Source: an uncultured bacterium
GTDB lineage: Bacteria; Oederibacteriota; PGYV01; CAWJRG01
Direction of reading: 5' to 3'
Assembly (NCBI GenBank): GCA_963845185.1
Contig: CAWJRG010000005.1
Coordinates: forward strand, 544,001 to 608,000
DNA: 64,000 nucleotides
A program made the position numbers and the translations under genes. The notes under the pieces are model-generated. The model did no database searches, was not told the DNA's origin, and saw nothing but the letters and a program-made list of their open reading frames with translations. Below, one piece after another: positions 9,674-18,562 of the stretch; position 1 is the first letter of the stretch, and the number at the start of each line of letters is the position of its first letter.

Positions 9674-10468
9674 TTATATCCCCAAATACTGCATATCTTC
9701 TGTAGTTGCCTTTCTTGATTTTATTATTTTCTGAACTTCATCCGGTAAAAGATTTATGAAATGCAGGCCCGTAAGGCCTTCTATCTCTTCAATGGTCGTT
9801 GTATAATCGCCGAGCTGCCTGTATTGTGCCTTGTTTTCGAATAAAAACGCAATTGCTTTCATTTGCATGTCAGCGCTTTGATAAATTATTATCTTGTAAA
9901 AATGCGTAGGCACATACACGTTGTTCGAGCCTATTTTTATCATCTTATAAGGCTTGCCTTTTTTGTCTTTTTCCTTGAATATCGGGCCTGCTATTATCCA
10001 TGCAGTCCCGTTTTTCTTTACGAAATTCCTTACAATATCCTCAAGCTGTTTCCATTTTCCCCTTTTTAACTCAGGTCTCATCGGGCATACATTTGACAAA
10101 TAACAGCTTTCTTTCAGTGTTTTCTTGTTCCTGAGCATATCCTGTACCGGCGCCATATTTGCCCTGTCATACGCCGTGCCTTCATAATCATGCGGTTCTG
10201 CTTTTTCCCCGGATTTTAGGTCAGGGTCTGATTTGTAATCCCTTTTCATCGATACTGATTTTTTCAGGTCTTCGTCTGTCAGGCAGTAAGAAACCCATAC
10301 TGGGACTTTCTTTGTATTGTTGTGCAGTACGGCATATCCCGAGCGTATGAACAGGGTTCCAATTTTGCCGGGATACCCAAAATGCACATGCGGATTTTTA
10401 TTAAGCTGGTCAGCGCAAATACTGCAGCCAATCAGTATCAACGCTGTAATAATTAAATTTTTCTTCAT
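9674..10468 (-). CDS. Exported DNA/RNA non-specific endonuclease (NucA/EndoG family)
   Basis: KVPVWVSY, LSNVCP, VPTHFYK; the usual DRGH appears as DRAN, so it may be inactive. Confidence 0.8.
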   Translation of the reverse strand: MKKNLIITALILIGCSICADQLNKNPHVHFGYPGKIGTLFIRSGYAVLHNNTKKVPVWVSYCLTDEDLKKSVSMKRDYKSDPDLKSGEKAEPHDYEGTAYDRANMAPVQDMLRNKKTLKESCYLSNVCPMRPELKRGKWKQLEDIVRNFVKKNGTAWIIAGPIFKEKDKKGKPYKMIKIGSNNVYVPTHFYKIIIYQSADMQMKAIAFLFENKAQYRQLGDYTTTIEEIEGLTGLHFINLLPDEVQKIIKSRKATTEDMQYLGI

Positions 10469-10522
10469 TCACCCTCCATTATTTTTTCACGCCGCACATA
10501 TCATGTCCCACCCGGCACGTTC

Positions 10523-11161
10523 TTATCTTACGTAGTTTACTGTATTTTCTCTTCTGGGCTGCGGCTGCGGGTTCTCATCTTTATATCCGAGAGCAAAAGT
10601 ATATATCGGCTTATATCCGTCCGGTATTCCCAGTTCCTTAATCAATTCCTTGCCCTGGTCTCCATCAAAAAGCGGCATGTTCATCTGCTCCCAGCCTGCT
10701 CCAAGCCCAAGCGACTCTGCTGCAATTAACATGTTTTCAACTGCCGCTGCGCAGTCTACAGGTGCGTACTGCATGTTTTCCTCTGCAGAAACCACTATTC
10801 CTGTCGGCGCGCCGTAAAATATCCTGAATTTCGGGTTTTTTGACGCAGGCCCTTTGCCGCTTTTCTTTGCAAGCGAAATGAACATATCCGTCATTTTATC
10901 CAGAATTTTTTTGTCCTGTATGACCGTTATATGCCATGTCTGCTTGTTCATTCCGCTTGGCGCGTATAGCCCTGCCTCGATTACGGCCTGTAAATCCGCC
11001 TCCTTAACCTGGTCGGTTTTAAAAGCCCTTATGCTCCTGCGTGTTTTTATTACTTTCAAAGTTTCGTTCGTGGAAATTGCCTTGCTGTTTTCAGTCTCTG
11101 CCAAAACTACTGCTGATAAAACAAAAATAAGACAAAAAATTAAAGTAATAAATTTTTTCAT
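10523..11161 (-). CDS. Nitroreductase family protein with N-terminal signal-like peptide
   Basis: RRSIRAF, APSGMNKQTW, ENMLIAAESLGLG. Confidence 0.9.
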   Translation of the reverse strand: MKKFITLIFCLIFVLSAVVLAETENSKAISTNETLKVIKTRRSIRAFKTDQVKEADLQAVIEAGLYAPSGMNKQTWHITVIQDKKILDKMTDMFISLAKKSGKGPASKNPKFRIFYGAPTGIVVSAEENMQYAPVDCAAAVENMLIAAESLGLGAGWEQMNMPLFDGDQGKELIKELGIPDGYKPIYTFALGYKDENPQPQPRRENTVNYVR

Positions 11162-11223
11162 CTTTTCCTTACCTCCATTAATAGTTTTTAATTGAAAATT
11201 GATAACTCTTAATTGACAATTTT

Positions 11224-12057
11224 TTACATCTTTTCCTTTATTTCCATATACATCACTTCAATAAGGGACGGAAAAGGCGGCCTGCCAGGCGGTGTCGGCA
11301 TTGCCTGAACATTGAATTCTGTCTTTACTTCTTCCACACTTTTCCTCGCTTTTATCATATCCTTTATTTTCTTTTGCCTTGATTCTATCGAAGCTGCGAG
11401 ATTTTTAATGTCATTCTTCGTTACGAATTCGCAGTGCCCGAAAATAAAAGTGTCTGCTCCGAGTTTTAATATTTCCTTCATGTTCTTAACAAGCCCAAAA
11501 GACGAGCCGTTCTTCTGCCTGTGCACCAGCGGGTCACGGCCTATGAAAACAAGGTCTCCGCCGAACATTATTTTTTCAGCAGGAAAGTAAACCACTACAT
11601 CGCCGCTTGTATGACCCGGCCCGAAATGCAAAAGCCTGATTTTTTCGCCGTCAACATTAAGCTCAAGCTTTTTATCGAATGTTTTTGTCGGAATGTATTC
11701 CTTAAGTACTCCCATCTCCGGGGCGCTGAAAGCTTTTTCCATGTCTAATTTCGTGTTCGGATGCGAAATTATTTCCATGCCTTTGGGGAAAGCGCTCAAA
11801 CCGTTCACATGGTCAAGGTCACCGTGTGTAATTATCATGCGTGTTATTGGCAGCGTTGTCAGTTTTTCTATCTCCTCTACCACTTTTGCCCCGAATTCAG
11901 GCGTCATCTTTGCGTCGATTACTATTACTGATTTTTTGCCAATGTAAAAACCAACATTCGCTCCGAGTCCGCCTTTGATGAGATAAATGTTCTCTTTTAC
12001 GTTTTTTACTTCCACAGGCTGCGGTTGCGGCATCTGCCATTTCTGTTGTTCTGCCAT
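11224..12057 (-). CDS. MBL-fold metallo-hydrolase
   Basis: THGDLDH, GHTSGD, GDL, GH motifs. Confidence 0.88.
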   Translation of the reverse strand: MAEQQKWQMPQPQPVEVKNVKENIYLIKGGLGANVGFYIGKKSVIVIDAKMTPEFGAKVVEEIEKLTTLPITRMIITHGDLDHVNGLSAFPKGMEIISHPNTKLDMEKAFSAPEMGVLKEYIPTKTFDKKLELNVDGEKIRLLHFGPGHTSGDVVVYFPAEKIMFGGDLVFIGRDPLVHRQKNGSSFGLVKNMKEILKLGADTFIFGHCEFVTKNDIKNLAASIESRQKKIKDMIKARKSVEEVKTEFNVQAMPTPPGRPPFPSLIEVMYMEIKEKM

Positions 12058-12162
12058 GTTAAACACCTCTATTTTGAATATTCGATGTTAAATATTATCC
12101 AGCAGGGCGCTAAAAAAATCAAGACCCTGTTTTTTTCGCAACAGTTCCATTTAAATAAAAAA

Positions 12163-12192
12163 AAAGACGCCATGATTAAGCGTCCTTTTTTA
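12163..12192. terminator. Probable intrinsic terminator
   Basis: GACGC/GCGTC stem flanked by A-tract and T-tract. Confidence 0.55.
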
Positions 12193-12215
12193 TTTTTTAA
12201 CCATCTTTAAACTCT

Positions 12216-12566
12216 TTATTTTTGCTCAGGCTTTCCTGCTTTTTCCTCGGAAGGCGCTCCTGATTTTTCTTTTTCATTGCCCGGCATCATCCATTGCTTT
12301 TGTCCGCCCGGCCCGCAGCCCGGCATCATTGACTGTTTATCCCAACCCTGGTGCCAGCCTCCCATCATCATGTGACCGCGGTTCCCGTGCCTTGCTATAC
12401 CGCCGATAAGGACCAATCCTGCCATGACAAACAGTATTATTGCCAGTACTTTGCCGAAAGATGAAATTCCTCCCGGAGTGTTTGACTGTGATGCGCTCCA
12501 TAGCGCTAAGTATCCAAAAAAAACAATAATTACTGCACCTGCTATTGGAAATATCATCATAAACAT
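12216..12566 (-). CDS. Small membrane protein with two TM helices and a Met/Gly-rich tail
   Basis: Strong SD (AGGAGGTG) and two hydrophobic segments. Confidence 0.7.
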   Translation of the reverse strand: MFMMIFPIAGAVIIVFFGYLALWSASQSNTPGGISSFGKVLAIILFVMAGLVLIGGIARHGNRGHMMMGGWHQGWDKQSMMPGCGPGGQKQWMMPGNEKEKSGAPSEEKAGKPEQK

Positions 12567-12600
12567 ACTTTCTCACCTCCTTTTTTGTTTTACATGAATA

Positions 12601-12629
12601 TTAGACGCTTATCATGGAGGCAGAGTTCC
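12601..12629 (-). promoter_or_regulatory. Putative ECF sigma promoter GGAACT-N16-CGTCTAA
   Basis: Matches the ECF consensus GGAAC...GTC upstream of 12216-12566. Confidence 0.5.
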
Positions 12630-12689
12630 GTCCTGCTTGCATTGTTTTACCTTTTATAAGGATTTCGCATCAAGCCTAAAATCCATATT

Positions 12690-13568
12690 TCATAACGTTT
12701 TTGCAGGCCATTTTACCTTTTTTACCCAGTGTTCAAAATTCATAGGCCTTATGCCGTACTTTTTAGCCAGGCCGGGTATATCCACATTGTAACCGGTCTT
12801 ATCAATCCACTCTATCATTTTAGCAAAGTCAGGCATTGCCTTGCGCATTTCCTCAAAAGGCACGGGTATGGCATTTATCTGCTTCCCCAGCGTTTTTGAA
12901 AGTACCTGTGCCATTTCTGTTACTGTCAACTCGTCTCCGGCAATGTCGATTTCTTCTTTGTTCAGCCCGCCAGGTTGTTCAAAAGCTATGACCCCGAACC
13001 TGCCTATGTCTTCAACAGCTATTATCTGCTGTTTAGCGTCTGGCCTCAGCCCCATAATTAGACTGCCTTTCACAATAGCCGGCCATGTTCTAGGGTTCAG
13101 TATATTTTCCATGAATGACACAGGACGGATTATTGTGTAAAAAGGAAATCCCATATTCCTTACCTTCTCCTCAGTGTGCCATTTGCTTTCAAAATGGGGT
13201 ATCCCTGTATTTTTATTCGCCGAGGCTACCGAACTGTACACAAAATGCTCAACACCGGCTTTTTTTGCAGCTTCTGCGAACTTGATTCCCTGCTCTTCTT
13301 CCCATTGCACGCTTGTTCCAGCCATTGTGAACACAGCAAACACCCCCCATATGCCCTCAAGTGCCTTGCTGATTGCGTCAGTGTCGCCAATATCCGCCTG
13401 CACGATTTGCGCTCCGAGTTTTGAGAGATTTTTTGCTGCTTCCGAATCAGGCTTGCGTGTCACTGCCTTTACGTTGAATCCTTTCTTGAGCAACTGCCTG
13501 GCGACTGCCCCGCCCTGGTTTCCCGTCGAACCCAATACAAGTACTGTTTTTTCATTTTGCTTTGCCAT
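12690..13568 (-). CDS. NmrA/HSCARG family NAD(P)-binding protein
   Basis: GSTGNQGGAV, GIPHFESK, RPVSFMEN. Confidence 0.92.
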   Translation of the reverse strand: MAKQNEKTVLVLGSTGNQGGAVARQLLKKGFNVKAVTRKPDSEAAKNLSKLGAQIVQADIGDTDAISKALEGIWGVFAVFTMAGTSVQWEEEQGIKFAEAAKKAGVEHFVYSSVASANKNTGIPHFESKWHTEEKVRNMGFPFYTIIRPVSFMENILNPRTWPAIVKGSLIMGLRPDAKQQIIAVEDIGRFGVIAFEQPGGLNKEEIDIAGDELTVTEMAQVLSKTLGKQINAIPVPFEEMRKAMPDFAKMIEWIDKTGYNVDIPGLAKKYGIRPMNFEHWVKKVKWPAKTL

Positions 13569-13723
13569 GATTTACCTCCTTGCAATAAATTTTTACATTA
13601 TCCGGTCTCTTTTCTAAAGAATAGATTATTTCCATTAATCTTAACATGGCATCTTTCTTAATTTTTTTGACTTATATCCGACTCTGTTTTATGCTATATT
13701 ATTGAAATAAGAAAGGACATACT

Positions 13724-14465
13724 ATGATTGAAATAAAAAATTTGCATGTAGAGGTTTACGGCAGGGAAATCCTGAATGGCATAAATATTACCATACCCGA
13801 CGGCGAAACCCACATACTTTTCGGGCCAAACGGCTCGGGCAAGACCTCCCTGCTCATGACCATAATGGGCTACCCTCAGTACAAAATCATAAAAGGCTCA
13901 ATCAAATTTAACTCAATCGAACTGAACGCTTTACCCGTAGACGCGAGGTTCCAAGTCAGGCATAGGCCTGTTTTTCCAGCGGCCGCCTGCAATAAAGGGC
14001 ATAAAGCTTTCCCAGATGATTGAAATCATAAAAACAGCCAGCGGAATCAAGATAGATTCCGCGGTCGCGGCAAAGGCCCTGAACCTGGGCCCGCTCATGG
14101 ACCGTGACATTAACTCCGGCTTCTCAGGCGGCGAGATAAAGCGCTCCGAGATGTTCCAGCTTTTCGCGCAGAAACCCATGTTCTTAATGCTCGACGAGCC
14201 GGAATCAGGCGTGGATGTGGAAAATATGAAGCTTTTAGGTGGCAAAATAAAACAGCTGCTCGAGCGCGACCTTGATAAAAAACAACGATCAAAAAGCGCC
14301 CTCATAATCACGCATACAGGTTTTATAATGGATTATGTCGACGCAGATGCCGGCTATACCATGCTCGAAGGCAGCATCAAGTGCAGGCATGACGCGAGGA
14401 AATTATTCGAGGATATACAGAAATACGGCTTCAGGGAGTGCGGCGTATGCAAAGACACAGCATAG
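13724..14465 (+). CDS. sufC: Fe-S assembly ABC ATPase SufC, frameshifted at ~13950
   Basis: GPNGSGKT in the first ORF; FSGGE and LDEPESG in the second; removing one T at 13949-13950 restores R-S-K-S-G-I-G-L-F-F-Q-R-P-P. Confidence 0.85.
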
Positions 14466-15556
14466 AAGTTGATGAAAAAGACACGGCAAAGATAGAAAGG
14501 GCTGGTATAAATCTTGACGAGCAGGGCCGGGCAGGCTCATTTGTCATGTCAAATAGCAGGGTCACGCACGTTTCCATGAAACAGGAAGGCGTGGAAATGA
14601 TGCCCATCCAGGATGCCATGAAAAAATACCCTGAGTATGCCGATAAATTATGGACCATAGTCAATAAAGACAAGGATGAATTTACAAAAGACGCATATGC
14701 CGACACCCAGTCAGGCTATTTTATCCGTGTAAAAGCAGGCGTGAAAGCTTTCATGCCCTTTCAGGCATGCTTTTTTGTCAAGCAGGATAAGTTCAAGCAG
14801 AAAGTCCACAACTTCATAATACTCGAGGAAGCTTCTTCCCTCCATATAATAAACGGCTGCGCTGCCGCGTCATATCTCGCCGAAGGCTCGCACATTGGCG
14901 TGACTGAAATGTTTGTCGGCAAAAACGCGCGCCTGATGTACACCATGATACACGACTGGGCAAAAAACGTGGAAGTAAGGCCCAGGTCAGCGATAAAAGT
15001 GGAAGAAGGCGGCACTTACATATCAAACTACATAGCCTTAAGGGACACTAAAATCACACAGATGTTTCCCACTGCCGAGCTTGCAGGCCGCGGCGCAGTG
15101 GCAAAGTTTAATACACTTGTTTTAGCGCCGGAAGGCTCGGTTTACGACCTTGGGTCAAGGGTCCTGCTCAATGCCGAGGACACCAGGGCCGAAGTAATCA
15201 GCCGCTCCATTTCAGCCGGCGGGGACGTTTATGCGCGCGGCAAGCTCGAGGGCAACTCGCCAAAAATATTCGCGCACCTGGAATGCGACGGGCTCATGTT
15301 AAAAGATAAAGGAATTATTTCAGCCATACCCGAGCTTTCGACAAAATATGCGGATGTTAATATGTCCCACGAAGCGGCAATCGGCAAAATAGACGAGGAG
15401 CAGATTTTATATTTGATGTCCCGTGGCATATCAAAGTCAGAGGCCATATCAGCCATAGTGAGCGGCTTTATGGATGTGAAAATCTTCGGTCTGCCAACCG
15501 CCCTGGAAGAAGAAATAAAAAAAACAATTAAAAACCTCGAGGCCGGCTCGCTGTAG
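14438..15556 (+). CDS. sufB: SufB/SufD family Fe-S assembly protein
   Basis: AHLECDGL, AIPEL, SHEAAIGKI...YLMSRG; follows sufC. Confidence 0.85.
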   Translation: MRRMQRHSIEVDEKDTAKIERAGINLDEQGRAGSFVMSNSRVTHVSMKQEGVEMMPIQDAMKKYPEYADKLWTIVNKDKDEFTKDAYADTQSGYFIRVKAGVKAFMPFQACFFVKQDKFKQKVHNFIILEEASSLHIINGCAAASYLAEGSHIGVTEMFVGKNARLMYTMIHDWAKNVEVRPRSAIKVEEGGTYISNYIALRDTKITQMFPTAELAGRGAVAKFNTLVLAPEGSVYDLGSRVLLNAEDTRAEVISRSISAGGDVYARGKLEGNSPKIFAHLECDGLMLKDKGIISAIPELSTKYADVNMSHEAAIGKIDEEQILYLMSRGISKSEAISAIVSGFMDVKIFGLPTALEEEIKKTIKNLEAGSL

Positions 15557-15569
15557 CCGGTAAAATTTC

Positions 15570-18554
15570 CTATTTGCCTTGAATCTTTTCGATCATATCA
15601 TAAGCCTGTTTAACTCCCAGTTTTCCGGCTTTGTTTAAGTCTTCAAGTGCCCCCTGCCTGTCGCCCGTGAAGTATTTGACATACCCCCGGTTATAATAGG
15701 CATTCGCCTGCTTTGGATTAATCTCAAGAGCTTTGTTATAATCCTCAATCGCGCCATTGTAATCGCCTGATTTGGTTTTGGCATTTCCGCGGTTGCTGAA
15801 AGCTTCCGCATACTTCGGGTTAAGCTCTATCGCCTTGCTGTAATCCTCAATCGCGCCTTTGTAATCGCCTGATTTGGTTTTGGCAATCCCGCGGTTGTAA
15901 TAAGCCGCCTCATACTTTGGGTCAAATTCCAGTACTTTACTGTAATCCTCTATTGCCCCGGTATTATCGCCCGAACTTAATTTGGCTATACCGCGGTTGC
16001 TGTAGGCTTCCGTATACTTCGGTTTAATTTCTATTGCCTTGCTGTAATCCTTGATGGATTTTTTATAATCACCCATGCCATCTTCGGCATTCCCGCGGTT
16101 GTAATAAGCCGTAGAAAGATCAGGCGCAAATTCAACTGCCTTATTGCAATCCTCAAGCGCGGCTTTGTAGTCGCCCAATTTATATTCAGCAGCCCCGCGG
16201 TTGCAATAGGCTTCCGCATATTTCGGGTCTGATTCTATTGCCTTTGTATAATCCTCAATCGCGCCTTTATCGTCTCCCCGGCCGAATTTGGCATCCCCCG
16301 ACTCCAGATAATTCCGCATTTCACTATTGCCGGAATTAATCTGCTCAATGGCCTTTTTATCCGGGCTGCCGTATTTATCTGCATTTTCGAGCATTTCCTT
16401 CGCCATGGTTATATTCCCATCCTTTTGATAAACCTCTCCAAGCGCCTGATAAGCCTGCCAATAATCCTTTTTTAACTCAATAGCTCTTTTTAAATATTTT
16501 ATCTGGCTGTCTTCGTCGTTAAAGCCTTTGTAAATATTTGCCAGTTTATAATACAGAACCGGTTCATTTCCTTTCATTTCATCCTTAAAAGGGAAAAGCA
16601 TGGCTTTTTTATAAAGCTTCAGCGCCTCTGCCGGATTCCCGCCATTAAAAAGTTCATTGGCTTTAAGCATCATGCAAAACGAATAGGTTATGACAAGATC
16701 TGATGTTACCCTGCTGTAGTCAATATATTTATCATATAATCCGCGGTTATATGAATAAAGCTGAAAAATTTCCGGAGGAATTTGCTTCTTGTTTGTTAAA
16801 TATTCCTGCAGCAGTCCTTTTTGCACAAAATCATGCACCTTTAACTTATCCATAACCGGTGAATATGTGCTTTTGTATATTTCTATGCCGTTGACGGAAT
16901 AATAATCAATAATATTATTCAAATTGTAAGCCGGGGCCTTTTCCTTTACGGGAACATTTCCGAATTTTTTAACAAAATCATCTATTCCTGCCTGCAAGTA
17001 CAGGTCCCACATGCGCAAAAGTTTTATATCCTGCCTTTGTTTTTCAATAATTTGAACATAAAAAAACGGCATGAAATTATAATCGCCTTCGCAAAGAAAT
17101 AAGCTGTTCTTGTCCATGGTTTGCAAAGTATTGTGCCCAAAGTCATATGCCTGATAATTGTACCTGTTGTTGTTTTTTTCAAAATTTTTATATCCCAAAA
17201 ACAATATAAGCAAAAGTACTGTTGTTAAAAAACCGTATCTAAAGGCCTTTGTAGTGGAGCTCCCCGCTTTCATAAGCGGGACACCTTTAAAAAATTTTAT
17301 AATATGCTCCCTCCCCGGAGCGCTATCAATTCCCGCCTGACTTCGGCTGAGCTCAGTCGAAGGCCCTACAAGCGGGGTTTTTCGCGCAGCGGGGTCAAGA
17401 AATCCCGAAATCAAACACATGCCCGAGATAATAAAAAGCATTAAAATATATTGGGCAGGCATAAGAAAAATATCGGAAATCCATATCATGCTTTCCTCGC
17501 TGCGGTTGTAAAAAACTACAGCAATGCTGATTATTAAAAATGCGCCCAAATAAAAATAAAAAATTTCTTTGCTTTTTTTATATATAATATATGCGCCTGC
17601 AGGAATTAAAATCCACAGGATCGAATAATTGCTGAATAAAAGCACAAAAAATTCTTTTATCTGGTATGCATACAGGTGTAAACTCGGAGGCGGGACAATG
17701 CCGGTATATCCCGTTCTGAATATTGTCCACCAGAAATTTTCCCAAGTGTTTGGCCATGCCATAAAAACAAAAATGCTGCTGTTTCCCGACCTTATTGGCA
17801 GGTAAAGGTACGGGCTGAAACCCGCAAGCAGCAGCAATGCCGATGTCATGATATTTTCCAGTTTTATTCTTCCCCGGTATTTAAAAAACAAATATCCGAA
17901 TACCGGCAGCAGTATTATCATGCTCGGCCAGTGGTTTGTAAGCGAAAGCCCGAAAACATATGATATGAGATAAAGATATTTAATAGTGGAGCTTCCCGTC
18001 TTAACAGGCGATTCTCTAATATGCTCCCTCCCCGGAGCGTTATCAAATCCCGCCTCTACTGGTGGGGTTTTTCGCGTAGTGGGATTAAATCCTTTAAACA
18101 GCTCCATGCTCAAGTATATCAGTGCTCCGAAAAGCAAAAGATTTAATATGTAAATCCCGCCTTTTGCCTCTATCGCCTGGTTCCAGAAAATAAAAGACAA
18201 TGCCAGGATGAAAAATCCGGCGAAATTTATTATTTTATCTTCTCGGGCGAAAATCCGGAAAATAATTTGTTTTATAATAAAATAAGACAATAAAAGGACT
18301 ATTATGGCGAGGAATATGACAAAAGAATTTATCCTGAAAGCCGGCGAGCCAACCGGCAGCAGGGAAAACACTTTTGCCGCCATTGTAAAAAGCGGGTATG
18401 CGGGCGGATGGCATATGCCGAGGGTATACGCAGCTGTTATTATTTCTGGCGAGTCATTGTTTTTAAATGCGGGAAACATTGTATAAAGATATAATTGCGA
18501 TACCCCAATTAAACAGACTAATAATATTATAATTTCCTTATATTTCTTAATCAT
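15570..18554 (-). CDS. DUF2723/TMEM260-like membrane glycosyltransferase with C-terminal TPR array, containing two in-frame repeat insertions
   Basis: DSPE...LGICHPPAYPL, multiple TMs, YLYLPIRS, about 7 TPRs (AY.NRG.AK...GDY.GAIEDY). Confidence 0.85.
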   Translation of the reverse strand: MIKKYKEIIILLVCLIGVSQLYLYTMFPAFKNNDSPEIITAAYTLGICHPPAYPLFTMAAKVFSLLPVGSPAFRINSFVIFLAIIVLLLSYFIIKQIIFRIFAREDKIINFAGFFILALSFIFWNQAIEAKGGIYILNLLLFGALIYLSMELFKGFNPTTRKTPPVEAGFDNAPGREHIRESPVKTGSSTIKYLYLISYVFGLSLTNHWPSMIILLPVFGYLFFKYRGRIKLENIMTSALLLLAGFSPYLYLPIRSGNSSIFVFMAWPNTWENFWWTIFRTGYTGIVPPPSLHLYAYQIKEFFVLLFSNYSILWILIPAGAYIIYKKSKEIFYFYLGAFLIISIAVVFYNRSEESMIWISDIFLMPAQYILMLFIISGMCLISGFLDPAARKTPLVGPSTELSRSQAGIDSAPGREHIIKFFKGVPLMKAGSSTTKAFRYGFLTTVLLLILFLGYKNFEKNNNRYNYQAYDFGHNTLQTMDKNSLFLCEGDYNFMPFFYVQIIEKQRQDIKLLRMWDLYLQAGIDDFVKKFGNVPVKEKAPAYNLNNIIDYYSVNGIEIYKSTYSPVMDKLKVHDFVQKGLLQEYLTNKKQIPPEIFQLYSYNRGLYDKYIDYSRVTSDLVITYSFCMMLKANELFNGGNPAEALKLYKKAMLFPFKDEMKGNEPVLYYKLANIYKGFNDEDSQIKYLKRAIELKKDYWQAYQALGEVYQKDGNITMAKEMLENADKYGSPDKKAIEQINSGNSEMRNYLESGDAKFGRGDDKGAIEDYTKAIESDPKYAEAYCNRGAAEYKLGDYKAALEDCNKAVEFAPDLSTAYYNRGNAEDGMGDYKKSIKDYSKAIEIKPKYTEAYSNRGIAKLSSGDNTGAIEDYSKVLEFDPKYEAAYYNRGIAKTKSGDYKGAIEDYSKAIELNPKYAEAFSNRGNAKTKSGDYNGAIEDYNKALEINPKQANAYYNRGYVKYFTGDRQGALEDLNKAGKLGVKQAYDMIEKIQGK
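17251..17397. repeat. In-frame palindromic repeat insertion, copy 1, with nested palindrome at 17341-17362
   Basis: Shares TAGTGGAGCT, TAATATGCTCCCTCCCCGGAGCG and GGGGTTTTTCGCG with 17983-18087. Confidence 0.8.
17983..18087. repeat. In-frame palindromic repeat insertion, copy 2
   Basis: Encodes PTTRKTPPVEAGFDNAPGREHIRESPVKTGSST, similar to the copy-1 peptide. Confidence 0.8.
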
Positions 18555-18562
18555 TTTTCACC

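Noticed and set aside
15600..16310. ~102-bp tandem DNA repeats that could mimic a CRISPR array
   Set aside because: They are in-frame 34-aa TPR units with no unique spacers and no cas genes
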